This document shows, piece by piece, positions 27,269 to 36,437 of a DNA stretch of 64,000 nucleotides (positions are counted from its first letter, which is position 1; every line of letters begins with the position of its first letter). Both the position numbers and the translations under genes were made by a program. The notes under the pieces are model-generated. The model was not told where the DNA came from, did not search any database, and saw nothing but the letters and a program-made list of their open reading frames with translations. The DNA lies in NCBI GenBank assembly GCA_017857595.1, contig JAFMCU010000002.1, positions 66,881 to 130,880 of the forward strand. The letters are read 5' to 3'. The stretch comes from Thermoprotei archaeon. Its GTDB lineage: Archaea > Thermoproteota > Thermoprotei > Gearchaeales > Gearchaeaceae.

Positions 27269-28441
27269 TTAATTGTTATAAATAAATTTCCAACTATCTA
27301 CATTATTGTACAAATCTTTTAATATGGACAATGAATGTTTTGTTTTTAAATATAAGAAAAGTTTACCTATATGCTTACAGAACTTTTTTTCATTTATCAA
27401 TTTTTGCCAATCTGCGCAATTATGTGTTATAATTTTATTTTTCATGTCTATTACTATTTTATATTTCCTAATCTCAGCTTCCAACAAGTCATTAGTAATC
27501 CTAACATTTTTGATCTCATCATTCTTTATTTCTTTAGCTCTTATCATTCGATTTTCGTTTATAAAATTAGTTAATAACAATTCTAAATCATTAAAAGATT
27601 CGTACTCAAAAAAAGTTTTTAATGTAGTTTTTTCTTTCTCAATTCTAATTTTATAATCTTCAATTTTCTTCTTCAATTTTTTTTGTTCATCGTTTATTAT
27701 ACCTAGCATTTCTAGCATTTGCAAGCAATTTTCAACTGCATAACCATGGAAATGGTTGTTAAAATATCCATAAACTACCTTTACACTTTTACTTACTTCT
27801 TGGATTTTAGGTATCCAAACATTAAGTTCTTCTGTGTTATACCTATAATTATACCAAGGCTTTTCTCCTCTTCCATGCCATCTAATATAAGCTATATCAG
27901 AAGTTACTATAACATCAGAAGGTAAAAGTGGTTCATCTACGATTGTATATGCGACATTATATTTTTCTAATAGATTGAACGTTTCATTTTTAATCCATGA
28001 TAAATCTCTAAATTCTACAGCGTACTTTATATTATAAGGTAAAATGGATAAGAATTCTTCTAAACCCTTTATATTTAATTTGAAAGTGGGCGGAAATTGA
28101 ATTAAGATGCAACTCAATTTATTCGAAGATATTAAAGGCGATAACCTCTCAACGAAACTATTTATTTTTTCGGAAATCTTTTTCACATCTAAATTTTTAG
28201 CATGCGTAATTTCTTTAGGCATCTTTGCAGTGAAAATGAATTCAATCGGTGTGTTCTTAATCCAAGAAACAACAACTTTTTCTGAAGGAAAGCTATAGAA
28301 TGTCGAATCAATCTCAACAGTTTTAAAAAATTTTGAATAGTAACGAAGAAAGCTTTTCTCTTTCAAATTATAAAAAGGGCCAATCCAATCTTTGTATAGC
28401 CAACCTGACGTTCCTAAAAAAATATTATCTAACATTTTCAT
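27269..28441 (-). CDS. DUF72-family protein fused to a coiled-coil linker and C-terminal SWIM-like zinc finger
   Basis: N-terminus FLGTSGWLYKDWIGPFY...FFKTVEIDSTFYSFP and FNNHFHGYAVENC are DUF72 hallmarks. aa 250-275 are Lys/Glu-rich. aa 340-357 HNCADWQKLINEKKFCKH give an HxC...CxH SWIM-like ligand pattern (nt about 27371-27424). Confidence 0.75.
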   Translation of the reverse strand: MKMLDNIFLGTSGWLYKDWIGPFYNLKEKSFLRYYSKFFKTVEIDSTFYSFPSEKVVVSWIKNTPIEFIFTAKMPKEITHAKNLDVKKISEKINSFVERLSPLISSNKLSCILIQFPPTFKLNIKGLEEFLSILPYNIKYAVEFRDLSWIKNETFNLLEKYNVAYTIVDEPLLPSDVIVTSDIAYIRWHGRGEKPWYNYRYNTEELNVWIPKIQEVSKSVKVVYGYFNNHFHGYAVENCLQMLEMLGIINDEQKKLKKKIEDYKIRIEKEKTTLKTFFEYESFNDLELLLTNFINENRMIRAKEIKNDEIKNVRITNDLLEAEIRKYKIVIDMKNKIITHNCADWQKLINEKKFCKHIGKLFLYLKTKHSLSILKDLYNNVDSWKFIYNN

Positions 28442-29385
28442 AATTTATTAAATATATCTAGTTCTTTAACCACTTCTAATAACTCATTTAAGTTAGAAAA
28501 ACTCATGTTTGGTAAATATTTAATAATTTCAGATACCCTTATTCTTTTTTCATCGTTGAGGTCGAAAAGCTTCCAGCCACATTTTTCAATTATTTTTTCT
28601 TTATTACAAGGAAAACTTAAATCTTCTTCTAACACGTATTTCAATGATTCGATGCCTCTATATTTAGTTACGGGGATAAATTTACCTTGTTCTTTATAAT
28701 GCTTATACCTCAGTGCATCCATATACATCTTTACTCCATGAAACGCGAATACAACCTTTTTTACACCATTGATAGAAACAACTTTTTTATCTAACGCAAT
28801 TAAATCTTCATCGGAAAATTGATAAATATTATGCTTTCCCTTTCCAAACAATCTTGAGTAAACTACATCATTCTTGACGATAGGTTTCTGATCCTTGGAT
28901 AAATCTACACAATGTACAATATTATTTTCTTGCATGAATTTGATTATTTGTTTGTTAAGAGGTGTTAAATTCTTTGAAAATTCTAAAACTATTTTAATGT
29001 TAGACAGATTTACTGATCCTATCAAATTAAAAAAATTTTGGACGAATTCACTTTCTAATTCTAAGTGTTTAGGTATATAGAAATGTAATAAATCACTTTT
29101 TAAGATATTGCATATCTTTACAATTTTTTCCAAAAGTTCTATATTTAAATTTGTATGTGCAAATTTATATTTCTCTGCGATAAGTTTATTTGCTCTTACA
29201 GAAAAATAAAAATCTTGAGGAACAGTGTTTCTCCATTTGTTTACAGTTTCAAATGAAGGTATATTATAGTAAGTAGTGTTAACTTCAACAAAATTGAATA
29301 TTTTAGAGTAATAATGCAATTTATTTCTGGACCCTACATAAAAATATGCCCAACCACCTGTTCCAATTCTATATTCTTCTGCCAA
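28438..29385 (-). CDS. Divergent DUF72-family paralogue with C-terminal DUF2795-like domain
   Basis: RIGTGGWAYFY...IFNFVEVNTTYYNIPS and FAFHGVKMYMDA parallel the DUF72 motifs of the neighbour. C-terminal LEEDLSFPCNKEKIIEKCG...IIKYLPNMSFSNLNELLEVV fits the DUF2795 pattern (FP..K..i......LP...f.s...l). 4-nt overlap with the downstream DUF72-SWIM gene. Confidence 0.6.
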   Translation of the reverse strand: MAEEYRIGTGGWAYFYVGSRNKLHYYSKIFNFVEVNTTYYNIPSFETVNKWRNTVPQDFYFSVRANKLIAEKYKFAHTNLNIELLEKIVKICNILKSDLLHFYIPKHLELESEFVQNFFNLIGSVNLSNIKIVLEFSKNLTPLNKQIIKFMQENNIVHCVDLSKDQKPIVKNDVVYSRLFGKGKHNIYQFSDEDLIALDKKVVSINGVKKVVFAFHGVKMYMDALRYKHYKEQGKFIPVTKYRGIESLKYVLEEDLSFPCNKEKIIEKCGWKLFDLNDEKRIRVSEIIKYLPNMSFSNLNELLEVVKELDIFNKL

Positions 29386-29409
29386 CCCTTTTTCATATTA
29401 TAATATTTT

Positions 29410-29772
29410 TTATGAGTGAGAAAAACCTAAGCTAATTTGATGAATCAATGCTGCAGTATATTGGGCTATTTTTGGTATAGCATCTATGGTTATATATTCA
29501 TTTGGAGCATGCGCTCTACCGCCATGACCAGAACCTGTAGATATCATGGGTATTTTCAATTTCCTTGTAAACAAATAGCTTTGTGCAGAACCAGGTAAAA
29601 TAGGTATTATGTAAGGTTTCATTTTTAAATTATTATAAGCCTTTATAGAGGATTTTACCCATTTCTCATTAGGATTTGTTTTACTCCAAGTGTATGCATC
29701 ATGAACAGCAACTTGAATATATTTACTAAAACCTAATCTTTCGATAATTTCAGCAAAAAATTCAACATACAA
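29410..29772 (-). pseudogene. C-terminal fragment (about 120 aa) of an M20-family metallopeptidase/deacylase
   Basis: SGHGGRAHAPNEYITIDAIPKIAQYTAALI is the conserved C-terminal end of the M20 (ArgE/DapE/carboxypeptidase) family, whose members are normally about 350-450 aa. No N-terminal catalytic domain lies upstream; the upstream DNA encodes a different decayed gene on the other strand. Confidence 0.55.
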
Positions 29773-29779
29773 TACAAAT

Positions 29780-30437
29780 TATTCTTCACATTTTGCTTCA
29801 AGACAAGATTTTTTTAAGGATTTAAATAGTGGTAACTTACCAGCCATTTAATGGATAATACCAAGTTTTGAAATAAGTGAACATACGCCTGCTAATATTA
29901 CATTAGGTATGATCCGGGTTACTTATATCGTAGATTCAGTTATGAAAAGCCAATATTGGAAAAACAGTCTAATTATAATAACTTGGGATGACTATGGAGG
30001 CTTTTATGACCACGTTCCACCACCAATGATTGACCTTTATGGTTTTGGATTTCGTGTTCCCGCTTTAATAATTTCACCATACTCTAAAACTAATTATGTA
30101 GATCATACATTATATTCATTTGAATCTATTTTGAAATTCATAGAGTGGCGTTTTTCTCTTCCATCATTAACATTAAGAGATCTCTCCCAATAATATATTA
30201 AACGCCCTAAATTTTTCATCTAGACCAAGACAGCCTATAAGTATAAACTTAACCGCATATCAAATTAAATCAATAATGCCTTATGTAGGGAATGTTGCAA
30301 ACTTTAATCAATCATATGAATCAAGTACTCTAATTTATAGTATATTGATATTTCTCTTGATCTTGATATTTTTAGTAATACTTATTGCAATATTTTATTT
30401 AAGAAAAAGAATACGATATTTTTCAAACCATACCTAA
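29780..30437 (+). pseudogene. Decayed phosphoesterase-family gene (phospholipase C / acid phosphatase type), 5'-truncated with in-frame stop and frameshift
   Basis: Reads FFKDLNSGNLPAI*WIIPSFEISEHTP...WKNSLIIITWDDYGGFYDHVPPP...GFGFRVPALIISPY. TAA at 29849-29851 interrupts the conserved LPxxSWIxP motif. Frame changes around 30180-30190, after which NNILNALNFSSRPRQP and a C-terminal TM anchor (LIYSILIFLLILIFLVILIAIFYLRKR) continue in frame 0 to 30437. The N-terminal roughly 250-300 aa of the family are missing. Confidence 0.6.
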
Positions 30438-30929
30438 AGTAATCATAAAAATGCCTAAAAAAAATAATGATAGCCTACCTGCTTTTATCATAATTGATAC
30501 ATCTTTTGTCATTTTAAACATCCCTTTATAAATTAATGCAACAATTATACTTTGTGATATCCAAGAACCTAGGCCGAATAGAAAACCTATAAGGAATCCT
30601 AGCGAATAGGGTATAAAACTAATTGATGCTAGTGTTAAGATCAATACAACTATAAAATCACCCCCAAACGCTGCAGCAATACCATGAATCCAAATTATTT
30701 TATAATCGGCCCTCTTTTCTAAATCACCTTTATTTTTATGTGCTAACAAAGCTAATGCAACAGATATCATAGTTATACCTACGATAATATCCACATATGA
30801 ATCTAAATTATAATTTAAGAATGTTGAAAAAATTTCACTAGCAAGAGAACTTAATGCTGACCAAACTAAAGTCAATGCACCTGCGAAAACTGTCGTGGAT
30901 AATAAAGCATGCTTGACATCTTTTTGCAT
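30423..30929 (-). CDS. Polytopic membrane protein (possible metal-transporter-like); ORF probably extends upstream to about 31172
   Basis: Hydrophobic 168-aa ORF from ATG 30929. The same frame stays open for 81 more codons upstream, encoding two further TM helices and HGLKPDEHTW directly before the ATG. That extension has no ATG/GTG/TTG. Confidence 0.6.
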   Translation of the reverse strand: MQKDVKHALLSTTVFAGALTLVWSALSSLASEIFSTFLNYNLDSYVDIIVGITMISVALALLAHKNKGDLEKRADYKIIWIHGIAAAFGGDFIVVLILTLASISFIPYSLGFLIGFLFGLGSWISQSIIVALIYKGMFKMTKDVSIMIKAGRLSLFFLGIFMITLGMV

Positions 30930-31231
30930 AACTCCATAAGAAACTGTAATAGGCCATGTATGTTCATCAGGCTTAAGACCATGTATTATGCCTATTAAAG
31001 ATATGGCTAAAAACCAATAATTGCCTAGACCAGTTAAAATATATTTAGCTAATGGAAGTAAAATGTCAGGTAAAGATAGTATTGCAATAATTAGAGCTAT
31101 AGATATTATAACCGCAATTAAGACCTCATTTATCTTAATTTTTAGTATATATCTAATAAATATAGTATTTTCCTAATATTTAAATAATTTGTAAAGTCAA
31201 ACGTTTTAATTTGTTAGATTATAATTTATCA

Positions 31232-32133
31232 ATGAAGATAGTATCTCTAATTCCAAGTGCGACTTATATACTGTACGCTTTAGGATTAGAGGAAGAAGTT
31301 TTAGGAATCACATATGCTTGTCCTCAATTAAATAGTGCTAGCAACAAAAAAATTGTTGTAAAACCAAAAGTTGATACTTCACAATTAAGTGAAAGCGAGA
31401 TTGATACAATAATTAATATTTTTTCAAAGAAGGGTGAGTCATTGTATGAAATAGATTACAAAGCAATTGAGCAAATAAAACCTGATATAATAATAGCGCA
31501 AAGCTTATGCGATGTTTGTGCAGTAACTCCTAACACTTTAAATTCAAGTATAAGGAACTATGGAAATGTGATAGAAATAGGTCCTAAAAACGTAGACGAG
31601 ATATTACAATCAATTTTAATTATAGGAGAGATTACAGGCAAATTGAAAGAAGCTAGGAATTTAGTTAATAGTATAATATTCGGAATTGAGAATATAAAGT
31701 CAAAAACTTCCAATTTAACAAAAAAAAGACATTGTTTCTTGAATGGATTCACCCTCCTTTTTGTTCTGGACATTGGGTACCAGAAATTATTGAGATTGCT
31801 GGCGGCATAGATTTTGGAGAAAAAGGTAAACATTCCAGAAAAATTTCCATAGATGAAATATTGAATTTCAATACTGAATATATAATAGCTGGGCCATGCG
31901 GCTTTGATTTAAATAGAGCATACCATGATGCTTTGAAAATTTATGAAGAGAATTGGATTAAGGATACAATTGCTTATGAGAAATTTAATATATTTGCAGT
32001 TGAAGCTAAGAAATATTTCAGCACAAATGGCCCCTTTATTTCTGAAGCTGTATCAATAATAGCAGCGATCTTACATCCTAAAATATTCAAAAATACTGCA
32101 CCATTGAATTCTTATAAAAGAGTAACTCCTTAA
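31232..32133 (+). pseudogene. BtuF/FhuD-like (cobalamin/siderophore-type) periplasmic-binding-protein fold gene, interrupted by a frameshift in an A8 tract
   Basis: MKIVSLIPSATYILYALGLEEEVLGITYAC and IIIAQSLCDVC are typical of this PBP class. The frame changes at the A8 run 31720-31727. One extra A would read ...SNLTKKKTLFLEWIHPPFCSGHWVPEIIEIAGG..., the expected continuation (second ORF 31732-32133). Confidence 0.7.
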
Positions 32134-32219
32134 TTTTTAATCTATATAGATTATTTATTATTCTATATTTTATTTACATAATGTTTTTCTTACACAATAC
32201 ACATTCTACTCATAGGAAA

Positions 32220-33398
32220 ATGAGAAATAAGGCTTTATCTAAATTAGTAATAGCAGTAATTATTGCAGTTATAATTGTTGCGGGTGTTTCAATGTATTTA
32301 TTATTAGGAAATCAGAACAATAGTCCCAGTTCAGTAAAAATAGACGTATCTAAAATATCTGCATCGTTAGTGCTTGGAGGTAGCACTTTTATAAATCCAC
32401 AAATGCAAGCATGGATTCAACAATTTTCCTCTATTTACCCTAATATAGCAGTAACGTATCAATCTGTTGGTAGTGGTGCAGGCGTTAATAATTTTATAAA
32501 AGGGACTTATGATATTGGTGCAACTGATGTTCCAATGCCAACAGATTTATGGAGATATGCAACTACTGTTAAGGGCAGTGTTATAACTATCCCTGACATT
32601 GTAGGCGGTGTAGCTATAATATTTAATCTTCCTAACTTCAATTCATCGAAAAATGGAAATTTGAATTTAACTGCAGATGTGCTAGCAGGAATATATTCAG
32701 GAGAAATAATTTATTGGGATGATAGTTTAATTCAATCTATTAATCCCGGTTTTCATTTTCCTCATGAAAAGATTGTAGCTGTTCATAGAAGTGATGGCAG
32801 CGGGACAACATTTGTTTTTACATTATGGCTTTTCAAGTCATCAGACATATGGGTTAATTCAAATATAGGTTATGGTTACACGGTTAATTGGCCTGTAGAT
32901 AAATTGGGAGGATTGGCTGGCGAAGGAAACGGTGGTGTTACTGCTTACGTTAAACAAACTTCATTTTCTATAGGTTATGTTGAAGTACAATATTCCATTG
33001 CGAATAATTTACAAACGGCTGCAATTAAAAATCCAGCTGGTAATTATGTTTTGCCAACCCCTCAAAGCGTCTCATTATCATTGCAAAGTATAGATATAAG
33101 TAAATTTCCCAACGCTACACAAGATTGGTCCAACATCACAGCGTTGCTTTTAAATTCCCCCAATCCTAGCTCATATCCAATTGTAACCTTTTCTTATCTA
33201 GTAGTCCAAAAGAATTTCAATGATCAAATTAAAGCTATAGCGATCTATGTATTTTTAGAATTTATATTTACTACAGGACAGAAACAACAAAATATCATAA
33301 ATGGGTATTTGCCATTACCAGGAAATGTACAATCTTTTGTACTGAACGAGTTAAAATTAATTTCTTTTAATAATCAACAAATCTATCAACTATTATGA
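32220..33398 (+). CDS. pstS: Phosphate ABC transporter substrate-binding protein
   Basis: N-terminal anchor MRNKALSKLVIAVIIAVIIVAG. GGSTFINPQMQAW, YQSVGSGAG, HRSDGSGTTF are PstS motifs. Start moved to the internal ATG 32220. Confidence 0.9.
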   Translation: MRNKALSKLVIAVIIAVIIVAGVSMYLLLGNQNNSPSSVKIDVSKISASLVLGGSTFINPQMQAWIQQFSSIYPNIAVTYQSVGSGAGVNNFIKGTYDIGATDVPMPTDLWRYATTVKGSVITIPDIVGGVAIIFNLPNFNSSKNGNLNLTADVLAGIYSGEIIYWDDSLIQSINPGFHFPHEKIVAVHRSDGSGTTFVFTLWLFKSSDIWVNSNIGYGYTVNWPVDKLGGLAGEGNGGVTAYVKQTSFSIGYVEVQYSIANNLQTAAIKNPAGNYVLPTPQSVSLSLQSIDISKFPNATQDWSNITALLLNSPNPSSYPIVTFSYLVVQKNFNDQIKAIAIYVFLEFIFTTGQKQQNIINGYLPLPGNVQSFVLNELKLISFNNQQIYQLL

Positions 33399-34249
33399 AC
33401 AAGACAACAGCTATACCAATATTTATAGGTTCATTTTTTTTATGCTTATTACTATTTCTTATAATATTTTCAATAGCGTTTGCATCTTTGCCTGCTTTAG
33501 AAACAATCGGTTTCAATATTCTTTACATGTATATGCCAGCAATCTATGGTAGTATTGTTGTTTCAATTATAGCAATTTTTATAGCTATTCCTTTAGCTGT
33601 AGGCTTAAGCATATTTATTATAGAATATTTACCTGACAGGATAAGGAGTATATTTATAAATATAAACGACTTGATGGCTTCTTTCCCCACGATTATTTAC
33701 GGATATTGGGGTCTCTATGAACTAGGCCCTTTTTTAAATACAAAGTTGTTTAATTTTCTACATAATTATTTGGGATTTTTACCTTTTTTTTCAACTAAAC
33801 CCTCTACGGCATCTTATCTTTTGGCCTCTATCGTATTAGCAATTATGATATCACCATTTGCTTCCTCGTTAATAAGAGAAGTTTATTCAAAGATTCCTAA
33901 TATTCTTGACGAAAGCATTTACGCTTTAGGTTTAGGTAAATGGCACGTGATTAAAATTAAGCTATCTTACATAAGAAAAGCTCTTTTTGGAGCGATAACA
34001 TTAGCATATGGTAGAGGATTAGGTGAAACTGTCGCTGTTGATCTTACGATCGGTAGTTCTTTTAATATATCTTATAGCCTTTTAGCACCAGGAATTACCA
34101 TACCAGCACTTATTGCGAACCAATTTGGTTCAGCTTTTTCTGAATTAGAATTATCATCATTATTCTCTCTAGCATTAATCTTATTTGTTATTGGTTCATT
34201 ATTTATTCTAATTGGTAAATTTGTTTTCGTAAGAAATGGTAAAAGATAA
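33395..34249 (+). CDS. pstC: Phosphate ABC transporter permease PstC
   Basis: Six-TM permease with EAA-like loop (ESIYALGLGKWHVIKIKLSYIRKA). Position in the pst operon. Confidence 0.9.
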   Translation: MNKTTAIPIFIGSFFLCLLLFLIIFSIAFASLPALETIGFNILYMYMPAIYGSIVVSIIAIFIAIPLAVGLSIFIIEYLPDRIRSIFININDLMASFPTIIYGYWGLYELGPFLNTKLFNFLHNYLGFLPFFSTKPSTASYLLASIVLAIMISPFASSLIREVYSKIPNILDESIYALGLGKWHVIKIKLSYIRKALFGAITLAYGRGLGETVAVDLTIGSSFNISYSLLAPGITIPALIANQFGSAFSELELSSLFSLALILFVIGSLFILIGKFVFVRNGKR

Positions 34250-35060
34250 ATTAATTTTCTTTCTAGCCTTTATATCGACGATCTTTTTATTCTTACCTTT
34301 CACTTGGTTATTATCTGTCTTATTAATAAAAGGGGCACCTGTAATTTTTAAAGGCGGTTTAGAATTTTTAACAGGAATTCCGCCATTACCTGGAGATGGG
34401 TTAGGAGGTATAGGAACGGTTTTAGAGGGCTCAATTTTCATGGCTATTATTGCATCTTTAATATCGATTCCCATCTCTATTTTAACAGCATTATATATTG
34501 TAATGTATGAGGGTGGACTGTTTGCAAAAATTTTAAGATTCCTTGTTGATTCATTAGTTGAGTTTCCAACAATAATAATCGGCATCTCTGTCTTTATTAT
34601 ATTCGTACAAAATCTAAAACTAGGACTGAACGGTATTTCAGGTGCCATAGCTTTAAGTATTATTATGATCCCATATACAACAATTCAAGCGATAGAGAAT
34701 TTAAGGCAATCGAAAGATGAATATCTTGAAGTTGGATATTCTTTAGGTTTAACTGACTCTAATGTAATAAAATTAATTTTATCAGAAGGTAGAGAGGGAG
34801 TAATAACAGGAATATTAATAGGAATAGCAAAAATATTTGGAGAAACAGCACCTTTATTATTTACTACAGTTACTTCTTTTAACATATTTTTGAGAACTTT
34901 GACTTCTCCGATAACAGGAGTGCCTTCTTTAATTTTTAATTTTGCATTTAGTCCTTATAATAATTGGTTAGATGTTGCCTGGGGAGCAGCGTTAATCTTA
35001 GCATTAACAGTCACTATTTTATTCACACTTGCAAGAATTTTTACTAGAAGGAAGTTATAA
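34236..35060 (+). CDS. pstA: Phosphate ABC transporter permease PstA
   Basis: Permease with EAA-like loop (EVGYSLGLTDSNVIKLILSEGREG). Position in the pst operon. Confidence 0.9.
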   Translation: MVKDKLIFFLAFISTIFLFLPFTWLLSVLLIKGAPVIFKGGLEFLTGIPPLPGDGLGGIGTVLEGSIFMAIIASLISIPISILTALYIVMYEGGLFAKILRFLVDSLVEFPTIIIGISVFIIFVQNLKLGLNGISGAIALSIIMIPYTTIQAIENLRQSKDEYLEVGYSLGLTDSNVIKLILSEGREGVITGILIGIAKIFGETAPLLFTTVTSFNIFLRTLTSPITGVPSLIFNFAFSPYNNWLDVAWGAALILALTVTILFTLARIFTRRKL

Positions 35061-35064
35061 TTTT

Positions 35065-35823
35065 ATGGAAAATTACGTTTTTGAAATTGATCATTTGAAT
35101 GTTTGGATAGAAAATAAACATATTTTAAAAGATATTTGCAATTTGAAAATACCTAAAAATACCATATTTGCTATAATGGGTCCTTCAGGTTCAGGTAAAT
35201 CCACATTTTTAAAACTATTGAACAGATTACTGGAACTAAAAAAGAATGTTAAAATTGAAGGTGAAATAAAATTTTATGGTCAAGATATATTTAAGATTGA
35301 CCCAATAAGGCTTAGAAGAAGGGTAGGAATCGTATTTCAACAACCAAATCCTTTTTATCATATGAGTATATTCGATAACGTTGCTTATGCTCTAAAAGCC
35401 AATGGGTTAATAAAGAATAAAGCAGATTTAATTAACGCTGTGACTGAAGCGTTAATTAGAGCAAACCTTTATGACGAAGTTAAAGATAGATTAAATAAAC
35501 CTGCATCTGTTTTATCAGGGGGTCAGCAACAAAGACTGGTAATAGCTAGAGCTTTAGCTTTGAAGCCTGAGGTATTGCTTTTAGATGAACCGACATCACA
35601 AATCGATGTAGTGGGTGCAAGGAAAATAGAAGAGCTTTTGATAAGCTTAAAAGAACAAATAACTATTATCCTAGTAAGTCATACTCCTCAACAAGCAGCA
35701 AGAATATCTGATTATGTAGCTTTATTCTATGACGGAAGGTTGGTAGAATGGGGTCAATCTGAGAATATTTTTACATATCCAAAAAATGAACTTACTGAAA
35801 AATATGTAGCAGGGAGAATATAA
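35065..35823 (+). CDS. pstB: Phosphate ABC transporter ATP-binding protein
   Basis: Walker A GPSGSGKST, Q-loop, signature LSGGQQQRL, Walker B LLLDEPTS. Start placed at ATG 35065, just after the pstA stop. Confidence 0.95.
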   Translation: MENYVFEIDHLNVWIENKHILKDICNLKIPKNTIFAIMGPSGSGKSTFLKLLNRLLELKKNVKIEGEIKFYGQDIFKIDPIRLRRRVGIVFQQPNPFYHMSIFDNVAYALKANGLIKNKADLINAVTEALIRANLYDEVKDRLNKPASVLSGGQQQRLVIARALALKPEVLLLDEPTSQIDVVGARKIEELLISLKEQITIILVSHTPQQAARISDYVALFYDGRLVEWGQSENIFTYPKNELTEKYVAGRI

Positions 35824-36437
35824 TGGTTAGACTAATAGATCTAGCTTTTCAGAAGCTTGAATTAATTTTAAATGAAATGTCAGAAGAAGCTTTAAAATCA
35901 TTGGACATGTTGGCATACTTTAAAAAGCATCATACAGCTAAAGAATTGAAGGAAATAAGCGATAAACTAAGGAAACTAAAAGAAGAAGCAGGTGAATTAA
36001 TTCTGGAAATTTTAGTTAGATATCAGCCTATGGCTACCGATTTAAGATTCGCTAAATCTGCAATGGAGATATCTTATGATCTTTATAGGATAAGCAGATA
36101 TTCTTATGACATTGCTTTAGCTTTAGATGAAGCGAATCTTTCATTAGATGAATGTATAGATGCTGACGTTCAAAATAATATTGAAAAGGTTAAGAGTATG
36201 TTAAATCTAACAATAAAAGCTATGTTAGAGCGAAATAAAGATCTGGCTATTGAAATTAAAAATATGGATCAAGTAATAGATAAAGCTTACAAGGAATATT
36301 TCTATAAAGCTTTAGTATACAAAGGAGGAAAATGCTCTATAGCCAACCTTTTAATAATGAGATATCTAGAGAGGATAGCGGATCATTGTGCATATATAGC
36401 AGATGAGATATTGTTTGTAATAAAGGGATCAAAATAA
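35823..36437 (+). CDS. phoU: Phosphate uptake regulator PhoU
   Basis: Two PhoU repeats with (E/D)xxxD-type motifs (YLERIADHCAYIADE). Directly follows pstB. Confidence 0.85.
   Translation: MVRLIDLAFQKLELILNEMSEEALKSLDMLAYFKKHHTAKELKEISDKLRKLKEEAGELILEILVRYQPMATDLRFAKSAMEISYDLYRISRYSYDIALALDEANLSLDECIDADVQNNIEKVKSMLNLTIKAMLERNKDLAIEIKNMDQVIDKAYKEYFYKALVYKGGKCSIANLLIMRYLERIADHCAYIADEILFVIKGSK

Noticed and set aside
34208-34648. 146-aa ORF antisense to the pstC/pstA junction
   Set aside because: It overlaps two well-supported permease genes of an intact pst operon, and its sequence is low-complexity. No independent support.
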